Shown: positions 24,898 through 34,882 of the stretch, one piece after another
How the letters are laid out: each line of letters begins with the position of its first letter
Numbering within the stretch: position 1 is the first letter of the stretch
Source of the DNA: a virus
Length of the DNA stretch: 64,000 bases
Direction: 5' to 3' (one strand)
IMG/VR virus record: IMGVR_UViG_3300042868_011620
Span: 68,552 to 132,551 of that record
Made by a program: the position numbers and the translations under genes
Notes under the pieces: generated by a model
What the model was told of the DNA's origin: nothing
Database searches by the model: none
What the model saw: the letters and a program-made list of their open reading frames with translations, nothing else

Positions 24898-25107
24898 TTA
24901 TTTTTTCAAGAGCGGATTGGAAACGCCAGTTTGTTTGGCTTTACCAATGTTGAGCGCTGCGAAATCAATAATTTTATATAATTTAGACCAGCGTGATCCT
25001 GGCGTAGGAGTTGGAGTGATTGCTGCAATTGCAGATGCAGTTGTAACGATACTTGCCACTACTGGAAACCATGGCTGGGCTTTGAAGATTTGAATAAGAA
25101 TGTCCAT
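24898..25107 (-). CDS. small membrane protein, holin-like
   Basis: Hydrophobic core, ASAIAAITPTP...LYKIIDFAALNIGKAK; next to the endolysin. Confidence 0.65.
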   Translation of the reverse strand: MDILIQIFKAQPWFPVVASIVTTASAIAAITPTPTPGSRWSKLYKIIDFAALNIGKAKQTGVSNPLLKK

Positions 25108-25130
25108 AGTACTATATATTACACTAGAAT

Positions 25131-25760
25131 TTATTCAAAAGTGCGAATTCTGCTGCGAATTTGTGAAATGTGACGTTTCTTTTGCAAAACAGAACCTCCT
25201 TCTCGACTGCCTGCACCGTCAGTATTACCCTCTATTGTTTGAATGTAACCAGCAGAATCAATGCCTGAAATTGCTAATCCAATGTGCGAAAAAGTAAAGA
25301 CTACAATGTCGCCAGGTTGAATGTCATTGTTGGGTGGTTTTTGCAGTTTGATAGAATCATTCTCTCCTCGCGCCCAATCTTCAAAACCCCATGCGCTAGC
25401 AGTTGTGGGTCTAGAAAAAGAGTGTTTAGAGTTTCTCATGCCCTCTTTGAATAACCAACAAATAAATGCAGCGCACCAAGGCCAGCTAGAGCGGGAATTT
25501 AAAGTTGTTGATGATTTGTATTCATTAACTCTAGGTCCGCAATTTGTTCCATTAATTTCTTCAACTCCAATTTCTTCCTTTGCTAATTCTACTAGTTTTT
25601 TTGCCAAAGAACCTGTTTTAGAGACTAAGATGCTTGGAGATTCTTTGGGCAGGGGAGCTAGTTCATCAACAATAGCTTTCCAAGTGGCTGGGCCAGCAAC
25701 GCCATCCACTTCTAAGTTCAAAGAGGTTTGAATTCTTTTGATTAAAAATTGAATGTCCAT
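25131..25760 (-). CDS. endolysin: peptidoglycan-binding domain plus CHAP amidase
   Basis: VDGVAGPATW; PWCAAF, PGDIVVF, SHIG and TIEGNT. Confidence 0.9.
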   Translation of the reverse strand: MDIQFLIKRIQTSLNLEVDGVAGPATWKAIVDELAPLPKESPSILVSKTGSLAKKLVELAKEEIGVEEINGTNCGPRVNEYKSSTTLNSRSSWPWCAAFICWLFKEGMRNSKHSFSRPTTASAWGFEDWARGENDSIKLQKPPNNDIQPGDIVVFTFSHIGLAISGIDSAGYIQTIEGNTDGAGSREGGSVLQKKRHISQIRSRIRTFE

Positions 25761-25761
25761 G

Positions 25762-26214
25762 TTAAACTACTTCTAATGGCACTTCTGGGACGGTTTCCTC
25801 TGAGACAGTTTCCTCTGGAACGGTTTCCTCTGGAAGAACTTCTGCTGGAACTTCTTCAGGAAGCTCTTCTGGAAGCACTTCTGGAACCACTTCAATGACT
25901 GGAGGTGGTTGAGGAGCGTTTTGAGCAGCGATCCACTCTCTCAATGGAACGATGGCGTCAATGATTGCTTGATAAGCAATGCCCACTTCTGGAACGTCGT
26001 AAGCTGCTTGAAACAATTGATCTGTAGAAATGACTTCCAACCCTGACGATGGTCCAATTTCTTGAACATCTGGATTGTATGGAAGCGCCTCAATATAAAT
26101 TCGCCCAGAATTAACTGCTGGAGAATGAATATTAATGTTATAAAGCCACAGATCAGAGAATGATTTTTCTGGAACTGCGGGAACGGTGGTTGGGTTTTGT
26201 GCTGGGATTGCCAT
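25762..26214 (-). CDS. tail-associated hypothetical protein with acidic EETVP repeats
   Basis: C-terminal E/V/P low-complexity tail. Confidence 0.7.
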   Translation of the reverse strand: MAIPAQNPTTVPAVPEKSFSDLWLYNINIHSPAVNSGRIYIEALPYNPDVQEIGPSSGLEVISTDQLFQAAYDVPEVGIAYQAIIDAIVPLREWIAAQNAPQPPPVIEVVPEVLPEELPEEVPAEVLPEETVPEETVSEETVPEVPLEVV

Positions 26215-26221
26215 ATTTTTA

Positions 26222-26452
26222 TTAGTTTATATTTGGTAAGATGAATGAAGGGTTTGGTTCTGATGGTTCCGAAATTGGAATGTTAAAAAAGGCTTTTGCT
26301 TCTAGTTCACTATCAAACCAACTCCATCCATCAACTGGAAGAGTGTATTGTTCATGATTTTCGGCAATTAGCTCGTAGTTAGCATTTAATACGAAATTAG
26401 GTCCGTAAAAAAGCTCGTTGTTTGTGTATTTATAGAATCCTTGCGTGTTCAT
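26222..26452 (-). CDS. hypothetical protein (possible fibre chaperone)
   Basis: GFYKY...PVDGWSWFDSE; follows the BspA-like gene. Confidence 0.65.
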   Translation of the reverse strand: MNTQGFYKYTNNELFYGPNFVLNANYELIAENHEQYTLPVDGWSWFDSELEAKAFFNIPISEPSEPNPSFILPNIN

Positions 26453-26460
26453 AAAATTGT

Positions 26461-28023
26461 TTAACCAGAAACTGTCCAAAATTTACCCGTTGCTATTGCT
26501 CTATTGCAGGTAGCAGCTCCAGGATTGCTTGCGATATTAATTGTTTGTGCGCCAGAAGCAGTTCCCAAACCTGAGAATATGTCATTAAGAGCGGCAGTTG
26601 AAAGTTTACAGTTGGCATAACTAATAGCTCTTCTTATTCCACTTGTACGACCTGAGCATAAAGAGCGACAATTATCAAACATACTACTCGTGTCTGTTAC
26701 AAGCGCAGTATTGAACTGTGGTATAGCTTGTAAAGATTGACAATTATTAAACATGCTGCTCATACTAGTTACTGCTGCTGTATTAAGAGAAGAAACGCTT
26801 TGCAAAGAATAACAATTACTAAACATGGCCCCCATAGTAGTCACTGATACGGTATTGAAAGAAGGTGAGCTTTTTAAAGAATAACAACCATTAAACGTTG
26901 CCCCCATATTTGTTACTGTCGAAATAGGAAACAACGGGACGCTCTCAAGACTGTGGCAATTATAAAACATTAAACTCATGTTTGTCAAAGCGCTTGTGAC
27001 AAATAGTGGAACACTCTGAAGACTAAAACAAAAATAAAACATCTGACTCATATTTGTTACGGCAGTTGTAATGAATAACGGAACACTCTGAAGATTATAA
27101 CATTGCGTAAACATTAAGCTCATATTAGTTACAGATGAGGTATTAAATAGCGGGACACTTTTAAGAGAATAACATTGAGTAAACATTCCATTCATAGTCG
27201 CTACATTCACAGTATTAAATGAAGGAATGCTCTGCAAAGAAAAACACTGATTAAACATAGAACTCATGCTAGTTACAGATAGAGTATTAAATAGCGGAAC
27301 ACTTTTTAAAGCGTGACAACTTTGAAACATTGCTAACATATCTGTAACATTAGAAGTATTAAATAATGATACTGTTTGCAAAGAGTAGCATTGATAAAAC
27401 ATATTGCTCGTACTAGTGAGCGATTCTGAATTAAGCAGCGATACACTTTGTAAAGAATAGCACTCACCAAATAAGAAAGATGCATCAGTTATAGAACTAT
27501 TATAAATTATAGCTTTTTGAAGCTTAGTCATTCTGATTACTGCACCTGAGAATTGCCATCCACCAAGTGATAAAGTCGTCATTGCTGAAGCATTAATAGC
27601 TATATCCAACCAATTCATGGATGAATTATTGGGAATATTAAGTGGATGTTTTACCTGAAAACTAAATGTTATAATATTTCCCCCCTGCGCTGTAACTGTG
27701 ACAACTACTGGCTTAAACTCTCCAACTACTGACGCCGCAATCGTTGCATAATTATATGTGTGATTAGCTTGAACGTTACTTGCTATGCTAGTATCAATTG
27801 TGCCATCACCCCAGTCAACTGTATACGTTCCAGCACTCGTCGCTACTAATAAAGATACAAAATTACTGTCAGAGCTATCAACGCCATACACTCCTTTAAA
27901 TGTATTATTTGTTGATGTTAAATCCCCCAAACTTGGCCATGCTGGTCTAGTCCACGAAGAGCTAGTGATAGAATCCAAGTATAAAACTGGAGCTGTTCCT
28001 ACATATACGGCTGCGCGGCTCAT
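26461..28023 (-). CDS. BspA/DUF285-like LRR surface-repeat protein
   Basis: PKD-like YTVDWGDG then 22-aa repeats CYSLQSVPLFNTxxVTNMxxMF. Confidence 0.85.
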   Translation of the reverse strand: MSRAAVYVGTAPVLYLDSITSSSWTRPAWPSLGDLTSTNNTFKGVYGVDSSDSNFVSLLVATSAGTYTVDWGDGTIDTSIASNVQANHTYNYATIAASVVGEFKPVVVTVTAQGGNIITFSFQVKHPLNIPNNSSMNWLDIAINASAMTTLSLGGWQFSGAVIRMTKLQKAIIYNSSITDASFLFGECYSLQSVSLLNSESLTSTSNMFYQCYSLQTVSLFNTSNVTDMLAMFQSCHALKSVPLFNTLSVTSMSSMFNQCFSLQSIPSFNTVNVATMNGMFTQCYSLKSVPLFNTSSVTNMSLMFTQCYNLQSVPLFITTAVTNMSQMFYFCFSLQSVPLFVTSALTNMSLMFYNCHSLESVPLFPISTVTNMGATFNGCYSLKSSPSFNTVSVTTMGAMFSNCYSLQSVSSLNTAAVTSMSSMFNNCQSLQAIPQFNTALVTDTSSMFDNCRSLCSGRTSGIRRAISYANCKLSTAALNDIFSGLGTASGAQTINIASNPGAATCNRAIATGKFWTVSG

Positions 28024-28199
28024 TCTTTTACAATGTAAACTGTGTTGTCGTTAATAATTCCAGAAGCTGCTAATGCTGCGTAATTTGCAGGCGTTAGCAT
28101 AACAAAAGTGGGAATGCTAAGAGAAGCTCTGATTCCGCTAGCTTGAACCAGAGTTGGTCCAACTCCAGAAGGTGGGGTTGCTAAGTCGATGTTTGCCAT
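28020..28199 (-). CDS. small protein, paralog of 32198..32383 (59 aa, not in ORF track)
   Basis: MANIDLATPP...GIRASLSIPTFVML...NTVYIVKE. Confidence 0.8.
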   Translation of the reverse strand: MANIDLATPPSGVGPTLVQASGIRASLSIPTFVMLTPANYAALAASGIINDNTVYIVKE

Positions 28200-28264
28200 A
28201 TATACATTTTACACACAAAACCCCCAAAGATTAGCAATTAAAATGAATAGAAAATTAAAGGAAC

Positions 28265-30202
28265 TCAACCTGCTACTGTCCACAATTTACCACTTGCAAT
28301 TGCTCTATTGCAACCACTAGTTCCAGGGTTATTAGTGATGGTGATTGTTGGAGAGGAGGCTGCGGGAACTCCTAAGCCTGAGAAAATGTCATTAAGGGCA
28401 GAGCTTGAGAGTTTGCAGTTAGTATAATTGACACTATATCTTATTCCACTTGTACGACCTGAACATAAAGATATGCAGTTAGTAAACATATTATCAGCGC
28501 CAACATTTATACCTGTTGTATTGAATTGAGGAATGCTTTGTAAGTTTATGCAATTATTAAACATTTCTGATCCAGTTTTTAATGCACTAGTATCAAATAA
28601 AGGTACAGTTTTTAAAGAGAGGCAACTGCTAAACATTGTTGCCATATTATCTACTTTACTAGTATCAAACTGAGGAACACTTTGCAAAGAATAGCAATTT
28701 TGAAACATGTTACTCATATTTGTTACTTTAATAGTATCAAATAAAGGTGCAGTTTTTAAAGAGTGGGATTGATAGAACATCTGGCTCATATTAGTTGCAT
28801 TAGATGTAACAAATTGAGGTGTACTTTGTAAAGAATAGCAATTCGCAAACATTTGACTCATATTAGTCACTGCTGATGTATTGAACAAGGGTACACTTTT
28901 TAAAGAATAGCAATTATAAAACATCTGGAACATGTTAGTTACAGTTGACGTAACGAATAAAGGTACGCTTTGCAAAGACAAGCAATTCACAAACATGCTA
29001 CTCATATTAATTACAGCCGTTGTATTAAATAGAGGTACAGTTATTAAAGAATAACATTGATTAAACATCTGAGACATGCTATTTACAGTTGACGTAACGA
29101 ATAAAGGCACGGTTTGTAAAGAACGACAAAAAGAAAACATAGAGAACATGTTTGTTACTTTACTAGTATTTAATAAAGGCACGCTTTTTAGAGAATAACA
29201 GCTATTAAACATCTGAGACATGCTGAGTACATTACCAGTATTAAATAGTGGGATACTTTCTATAGAAGCGCATTGAAGAAACATATTAGACATATCTGTT
29301 ACTCCTATAGTATTAAATAACGGTATATTTTTTAAAGAAAAGCATCCGTAAAACATTTGACTCGTATTAAGTAAACTGCTTGTAGTATTAGGTATAAATA
29401 CAGTCTGTAAAGAGTAGCAATTATAAAACATATTCGCCATAGTGGTAGCTGCGGCTCCACTAGATATAGAAGCATTTTTTAAAGCAGTACAACCATCAAA
29501 CATGCTCAACATAGTAGTTACGTTAGTAGTATTGAATTCAGGAACACTCGTTAAAGCGCTGCAACCATTAAACATATATTGCATATTATTTATAGATGCA
29601 GTATTAAATAGAGGAACACTTCGTAAAGAATAGCAATATCTAAACAGAGTAGATGCGCTAATTAAACTATGATTATAAATTTTTACTTGTTCAACATTAA
29701 CTAAGGTGGGAGATGCGCCCCCAACTGACAAACTCGTCATTGATGCGGCATTAATAGCAATATCCAGCCAATTAACTGCATTGGCAGCAGTATACGATGG
29801 ATGTTTTCTTTGTAAATTAATGCCAGTAATATTTCCTGATGCTGGAGTGATTGTAACAATTACAGGTTTAAGATCTTTTACAGGACTTGATACAATACTT
29901 GAATAAGTATACTGATGATTAGCCACCCCTCCACTTGCTATACCAGAGTCAGGTGTAGATCCATCTCCCCAATCAACTGTGTATGTACCAGCGCTTGTAG
30001 TTACTGATAGTGATAAATAATTTATATCTGACGGATCAACGCCAAATACTCCTTTAAATACATTGTTTGTTGGCGTTAAATCTCCTAAACTTGGCCAAGC
30101 TGGTCTTGTCCAAGGAGTAGATATTTCAGGATCAGCTATACCGCTACCATAATCTATAGTAAGAATTGGATTAGTGCCTTTGTATAATGTTGTATAACTC
30201 AT
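28265..30202 (-). CDS. BspA/DUF285-like LRR surface-repeat protein
   Basis: Same architecture with more repeats. Confidence 0.85.
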   Translation of the reverse strand: MSYTTLYKGTNPILTIDYGSGIADPEISTPWTRPAWPSLGDLTPTNNVFKGVFGVDPSDINYLSLSVTTSAGTYTVDWGDGSTPDSGIASGGVANHQYTYSSIVSSPVKDLKPVIVTITPASGNITGINLQRKHPSYTAANAVNWLDIAINAASMTSLSVGGASPTLVNVEQVKIYNHSLISASTLFRYCYSLRSVPLFNTASINNMQYMFNGCSALTSVPEFNTTNVTTMLSMFDGCTALKNASISSGAAATTMANMFYNCYSLQTVFIPNTTSSLLNTSQMFYGCFSLKNIPLFNTIGVTDMSNMFLQCASIESIPLFNTGNVLSMSQMFNSCYSLKSVPLLNTSKVTNMFSMFSFCRSLQTVPLFVTSTVNSMSQMFNQCYSLITVPLFNTTAVINMSSMFVNCLSLQSVPLFVTSTVTNMFQMFYNCYSLKSVPLFNTSAVTNMSQMFANCYSLQSTPQFVTSNATNMSQMFYQSHSLKTAPLFDTIKVTNMSNMFQNCYSLQSVPQFDTSKVDNMATMFSSCLSLKTVPLFDTSALKTGSEMFNNCINLQSIPQFNTTGINVGADNMFTNCISLCSGRTSGIRYSVNYTNCKLSSSALNDIFSGLGVPAASSPTITITNNPGTSGCNRAIASGKLWTVAG

Positions 30203-30233
30203 GCTTATTATTGATAAGATTATTTTTAATATT

Positions 30234-32201
30234 TTAGCCCGCCACTGTCCACGATTTACCCGATGCTATACTTCGATTACAAGTTAAAGCTCCAGGGTTA
30301 TTTGTGATTGTAATAGTTTGAAATCCCGAAGCAGTCCCTAAACCTGAAAATACGTCATTAAGAGCTGTTGCTGATAGTTTAGAGTTAGTATAATTAATAG
30401 AAACTCTTATTCCGCTTGTGCGACCTGAGTATAAAGAATAACAATTTTGAAACATATTTCCTGGGATAATATTTACAGATGAGGTATCAAACTGAGGTAC
30501 ACTGTGCAATGAAAAGCAATTTTGAAACATAGTGGTCATATCTTTCACTCCTGATGTATTAAATAAAGGAACAGTTTTTAAACTGATGCACCCACCAAAC
30601 ATATTATACATTGCTGTCGCGCTAGAGGTATCTAATGGGGGGACACTTGTTAAAGAATAGCAATTAGGAAACATCTGATCCATGCGAGTTACTCCTGATG
30701 TATTTAATAAAGGAATGCCTGTTAAAGAATGACAATTACTAAAAGTAACATATGTATTAATTACTTTAGATGTATCAAATTGAGGAATAGTTATTAACGA
30801 ACGGCAACTTTCAAACATTTGTTGCATATTAGTTAATAAAGGAGTCTGAAACTCTGGTACAATTTGTAAACGATAGCAGTTTGAAAACATACTAGACATA
30901 TCAGCTACTTTAGTAGTATTAAATAAAGGTACACTTTGCAAAGAAAAGCAATTATTAAACATGCCGCCCATATTCGTTACATTAATAGTATTAAATAAAG
31001 GTACAGTTTGTAAATTATAACATTGTAAAAACATATTCCCCATATTAGTTACCAAGCTAGTATCAAACCAAGGAACGCTTTGTAAAGAAGTGCAAGCGTA
31101 AAACATGCCATTCATATTAACTACCGCCACCGTATTAAATGCTGGAACATCTTTTAAAGAAGTGCAGGTAGAAAACATACTACCCATTGCAGTTACTTTA
31201 CTAGTATTTAATAAAGGTACACTTTGCAAAGAAGTGCAATTTTGAAACATCGTATTCATATTAGTGACTCCTGACGTATTGAATAATGGCACACTTTTTA
31301 AAGAGTAACAGGCATTAAAAGTGCTAATCATAAAAATTAAAGCACTTGTAGTATTAAGTATAGATACTCTTTGTAAAGAATAACAATTATTAAACATATA
31401 ATTCATATTAGTTACAAGTACTGCATTTGATATATAGACGCTTTTTAAAGAGGCGCAACCCGCAAACATACCTTCCATAGTAGTTACTTTATCAGTATTA
31501 AATATTGGGACACTTTGTAAAACAGTACATTCCCGAAACATATAATACATACTTACTACTTTACTAGTATCAAATAGAGGTACGCTTTGTAAAGAAGTGC
31601 AATTATTAAATAAAGAAGCTGTGCTAGTTAAACTATTATTATAAATAGTTACTTGCTCAAGTTTCCTACATACAACATCTGGATTAGGACCAACAGGATT
31701 TCCAATAACTAAACTTGTCATTGCTGAAGCATTAATAGCGATATCCAACCAATTAAGCGGAACTCCTTGGCTAAGTGGAGTTGACGCTGGTATTAGTGTA
31801 TTTCTCTGATGAACACTAAATGTTATGATATTTCCTCCTAATGTAGTAACTGTCACAACAACAGGTTTAAGATCTCGTACAGGAGTTATTGCAGTAAGGT
31901 TTGAATAACTATATGTATGATTAGCTTTGACATTACTTGCATATGTATCAAATGACGATCCATCACCCCAATCAACTGTGTATGTACCAGAGCTTGTGGT
32001 AACTAGTAATGATATGTGATTACTATCTGAAGAGTCAACGCCATATACCCCTTTAAATACATTGTTTGTTGAATCTACACCTGTTAAACTTGGCCAAGCT
32101 GGTCTTGTCCACGGTAAAGGCTCAGCATCAGCAGTTGATCTACTACCAGCAGCTACAGCCGCAATTGGCACGTTGCCCTTGTATAATGCTTTATAACTCA
32201 T
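30234..32201 (-). CDS. BspA/DUF285-like LRR surface-repeat protein
   Basis: Same architecture; WTRPAWPSL N-terminal motif and WTVAG C-terminus. Confidence 0.85.
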   Translation of the reverse strand: MSYKALYKGNVPIAAVAAGSRSTADAEPLPWTRPAWPSLTGVDSTNNVFKGVYGVDSSDSNHISLLVTTSSGTYTVDWGDGSSFDTYASNVKANHTYSYSNLTAITPVRDLKPVVVTVTTLGGNIITFSVHQRNTLIPASTPLSQGVPLNWLDIAINASAMTSLVIGNPVGPNPDVVCRKLEQVTIYNNSLTSTASLFNNCTSLQSVPLFDTSKVVSMYYMFRECTVLQSVPIFNTDKVTTMEGMFAGCASLKSVYISNAVLVTNMNYMFNNCYSLQRVSILNTTSALIFMISTFNACYSLKSVPLFNTSGVTNMNTMFQNCTSLQSVPLLNTSKVTAMGSMFSTCTSLKDVPAFNTVAVVNMNGMFYACTSLQSVPWFDTSLVTNMGNMFLQCYNLQTVPLFNTINVTNMGGMFNNCFSLQSVPLFNTTKVADMSSMFSNCYRLQIVPEFQTPLLTNMQQMFESCRSLITIPQFDTSKVINTYVTFSNCHSLTGIPLLNTSGVTRMDQMFPNCYSLTSVPPLDTSSATAMYNMFGGCISLKTVPLFNTSGVKDMTTMFQNCFSLHSVPQFDTSSVNIIPGNMFQNCYSLYSGRTSGIRVSINYTNSKLSATALNDVFSGLGTASGFQTITITNNPGALTCNRSIASGKSWTVAG

Positions 32202-32383
32202 TCTTGTACAATGTAAATTGTATTGCTATCTGTAGTTCCAGCCGCAACTAAAGCTGCATATCCTGTGGGAGCTAAAACTACAAAAGTTGGAATTCCCATT
32301 GAAACTCTCATGCCGCTAGCTTGAGTGAGGGTTGGTCCTGTTCCAGGTGTAATTGGGGGAATAGATAAATCAATATATGCCAT
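32198..32383 (-). CDS. small protein coupled to a BspA-like gene
   Basis: MAYIDLSIPP...NTIYIVQE; ATGA overlap. Confidence 0.8.
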   Translation of the reverse strand: MAYIDLSIPPITPGTGPTLTQASGMRVSMGIPTFVVLAPTGYAALVAAGTTDSNTIYIVQE

Positions 32384-32425
32384 ACAATATTATACACTCA
32401 TCATTTTAAACGTGTAAAAATATTC

Positions 32426-32746
32426 ATGCATCCTCGTTTTCTTCAGTCTACGATTCACTCTGAAAAATCTTCTATTCTCGCAGTTTGGGAAGGATATCAA
32501 ACAAATGTTATAGATGCATACACTGTTGCGCCTTTGCTAGAAGACTTGCATGATCATTTGATTAGAGAATTTAATCGTAGAGTTTATAATTTGGGATTTT
32601 ATAGTTTGTTACTTAGTCCTTATGATGGTGGCTTTAGACTTGCTGGAGTTTATGAAGCAGGAGGTGGAGGAGCGCCAGCTAACGCTCTAGTTTACAATAA
32701 TGATAATTTAGTATACAACTCTGATTATTTTGTTTATGGCGCATAA
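32426..32746 (+). CDS. hypothetical (probably virion) protein
   Basis: 106 aa; preceded by the GTGTAA motif. Confidence 0.7.
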   Translation: MHPRFLQSTIHSEKSSILAVWEGYQTNVIDAYTVAPLLEDLHDHLIREFNRRVYNLGFYSLLLSPYDGGFRLAGVYEAGGGGAPANALVYNNDNLVYNSDYFVYGA

Positions 32747-32787
32747 AAATAACTCTTTAACTCATTCAAACTTTTCCCACAACTAAT

Positions 32788-33429
32788 ATGTCAAACAATA
32801 CTCCCCCAAAAATGTCTTATGGTGCTTTACCATTTGTAATACCCGATGGCGAATTAGGCTTTCCTCTAACCTCTGCCACTAAAAAGGAAACTATTTTCCG
32901 CAATTATAAAATGGGCAGAGTTTTAGATCAGGGCGATCAAGGCATTTGTGTTGACATGTCTTTGACAGCTTTGCTCAATGCTGAACCAATAGCCCAAAAT
33001 CCCTGCGAGCCTCTTGAGATATACAAAGCTGCACGCAAGATTGGAAACACTCCTGATGATGTGGAAGGTTGTCAATTGAATCACGCTGTCAATTATCTCA
33101 TTAAGAAAAAAATAATTAAAAAAGAATATTGGACTCAAAAATCTTCAGAAGTGGCACTTTATTTAAATACAATTAGTCCGATTGTAATGAGCTTGCCTTG
33201 GTCTGAAAAAATGAATAAACCCGCAAAAGATGGCAAAATCATTCTTGGAGGCAATCAAATAGGCTATCATGCTGTGGTAGCGTTTCGCTTTGATGGATTG
33301 CGCAATCGAATCTGGCTTAGAAATTCTTGGGGATTGGGTTGGGGAACTTCTGGCAATTGTTACATTGAAATCAGCAACTTGCAAAAATTATTAACCCAAG
33401 GAGGCGTGGCTTGCGCTTTAGTAGAATAA
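32788..33429 (+). CDS. papain-like cysteine peptidase (C1 family)
   Basis: DQGDQGIC (Gln and Cys), GYHAV (His), RNSWG (Asn). Confidence 0.85.
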   Translation: MSNNTPPKMSYGALPFVIPDGELGFPLTSATKKETIFRNYKMGRVLDQGDQGICVDMSLTALLNAEPIAQNPCEPLEIYKAARKIGNTPDDVEGCQLNHAVNYLIKKKIIKKEYWTQKSSEVALYLNTISPIVMSLPWSEKMNKPAKDGKIILGGNQIGYHAVVAFRFDGLRNRIWLRNSWGLGWGTSGNCYIEISNLQKLLTQGGVACALVE

Positions 33430-33457
33430 AATAAACTTTTACGTGTAAAGATTTCCG

Positions 33458-33703
33458 ATGAGAACGATTTTATTTTTACCTTTTATTTTTATTCTTTCAT
33501 GCGCAACTCCCGCATTGCCAACAACGTCAACGTCTTCAGAGTCTGGCTTTTTAATTACTGCTTACGATCCTCGCGGAAAAATAGAAAATACTTATTTTGT
33601 TAAAGAGTATGATGTGGGCATTGATGATGTTTCTTTTGCAGTAGACAACAAAACTAAAACTGTTGGCGGCTCATTTAAAATAGAAAAAATCAGCAAAAAA
33701 TAA
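33458..33703 (+). CDS. putative lipoprotein
   Basis: MRTILFLPFIFILSC lipobox. Confidence 0.7.
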   Translation: MRTILFLPFIFILSCATPALPTTSTSSESGFLITAYDPRGKIENTYFVKEYDVGIDDVSFAVDNKTKTVGGSFKIEKISKK

Positions 33704-33715
33704 TATCTTTGCAGC

Positions 33716-33749
33716 AAAAAAAAATGCAACCCTTGCGAGTTGCATTTTT
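33716..33749. terminator. bidirectional terminator
   Basis: A-tract, TGCAAC-loop-GTTGCA, T-tract between convergent units. Confidence 0.7.
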
Positions 33750-33752
33750 AAA

Positions 33753-33840
33753 TGGCGGATGCGGAGAGATTTGAACTCTCGGTAGCTCTCGCTACGGCAG
33801 TTTTCAAGACTGCTGACATAAACCGCTCGACCACACATCC
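33753..33840 (-). tRNA. trnS: tRNA-Ser(UGA)
   Basis: GCAGT-CT-TGA-AA-ACTGC, long variable arm, GCCA end. Confidence 0.9.
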
Positions 33841-33849
33841 AAGAGAGAC

Positions 33850-33920
33850 AGCGGGCAGCGGGAATCGAACCCGCATAGCTAGTTTGGAAAACTAGGACTT
33901 TACCACTAAGCTATACCCGC
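33850..33920 (-). tRNA. trnG: tRNA-Gly(UCC)
   Basis: GCGGGTA...CTAGT-TT-TCC-AA-ACTAG; no encoded CCA. Confidence 0.9.
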
Positions 33921-33928
33921 AAAATAAA

Positions 33929-34015
33929 CGATGGAGGAGAGATTTGAACTCTCGGTAGCTTTTAAACTACGACGCTTTAGCAAAGCGTTGCCTTAAACCA
34001 CTCAGCCACTCCATC
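33929..34015 (-). tRNA. trnS: tRNA-Ser(GCU)
   Basis: ACGCT-TT-GCT-AA-AGCGT, long variable arm. Confidence 0.9.
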
Positions 34016-34021
34016 TTAATG

Positions 34022-34525
34022 TCAGAACTTGATGCCTACACCAGCAGCTACTCCCCAAGCTTTATCTTCATCTTCGCTATCAAGAGCAAAGCTGTAGGTG
34101 CTTTCAACGAACAAGTTGATTTGTTCGGAGAGAGCAAAGGTTGCACCAGCACCAGCATTAGCGCTCCAGCGTTCTTCCTCAACCTCGTAGTCAACGCCAC
34201 CAAGACCGTAGACAGCGAAACCTGCACCAATTGGCACTGTGTAGAGAACGCTTCCACCAAGAGTGAAGGTTTCATCTTCAAAGGCAACGAGAGAGCCTCT
34301 CACGCTCACATTGAGAAGACTAACAGTTTCAAGCGAAACTCCTCCCCCGTAAGTAGCATCAGCATCTTCATTCAAAAGAGAAGCTGCAAAAGCATTAGCT
34401 TTGAGATTGTACTGCTCAACAGGAGCTTCAGGAAGTGGAGCTTCGAGAAGAATTTGATCTCCAGCCTGCAAAGCAGAAACTGAGGAAACGATGGCAAAAA
34501 CGATTGCTTTAATTGTGTTTTTCAT
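34022..34525 (-). CDS. outer-membrane beta-barrel protein
   Basis: Signal peptide MKNTIKAIVFAIVSSVSALQA, alternating beta strands, C-terminal GVGIKF. Confidence 0.75.
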   Translation of the reverse strand: MKNTIKAIVFAIVSSVSALQAGDQILLEAPLPEAPVEQYNLKANAFAASLLNEDADATYGGGVSLETVSLLNVSVRGSLVAFEDETFTLGGSVLYTVPIGAGFAVYGLGGVDYEVEEERWSANAGAGATFALSEQINLFVESTYSFALDSEDEDKAWGVAAGVGIKF

Positions 34526-34587
34526 ATTGTTGTTTGTTTGGGTTTCTTGATAAGAACTACTCATTATTATCAAAAATTATTTAAAAG

Positions 34588-34782
34588 TCAAGTACAAAAT
34601 TTACTTCCTTTTCTAAAGAGTAAAGAATTCATCCAGGTTCTTTGTCCTGCTGTGAACTTATCCTGTTTCAGGATAAAGTCAAGAGTTTTTTGATCTGATT
34701 CTCCTTCAACGGAGAGATGCATCATTTTTGTAATGAGAGCTTTATCAGAGTGTAAAGAAGTGAAGTCGCTAGTGTCAATCAT
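34588..34782 (-). CDS. hypothetical protein
   Basis: 64-aa ORF. Confidence 0.55.
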   Translation of the reverse strand: MIDTSDFTSLHSDKALITKMMHLSVEGESDQKTLDFILKQDKFTAGQRTWMNSLLFRKGSKFCT

Positions 34783-34795
34783 ATTAATTATAAAG

Positions 34796-34871
34796 TGGGA
34801 TACCCAGTAGGACTCGAACCTACAACCAACAGTTTTGGAGGCTGTTGCTCTACCAATTGAGCTATGGATAC
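34796..34871 (-). tRNA. trnW: tRNA-Trp(CCA)
   Basis: CT-CCA-AA loop, GGTTCGAGTCC T-arm, CCA end. Confidence 0.85.
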
Positions 34872-34882
34872 GTATGTTAAAA

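Noticed and set aside
26461-32201. Diversity-generating retroelement acting on the repeat proteins or the array
   Set aside because: No reverse transcriptase in the window and no template/variable repeat pair differing only at adenines was seen
33753-33840. Selenocysteine or opal-suppressor tRNA
   Set aside because: The anticodon is UGA (reads UCA, Ser), not UCA; the structure is a normal tRNA-Ser
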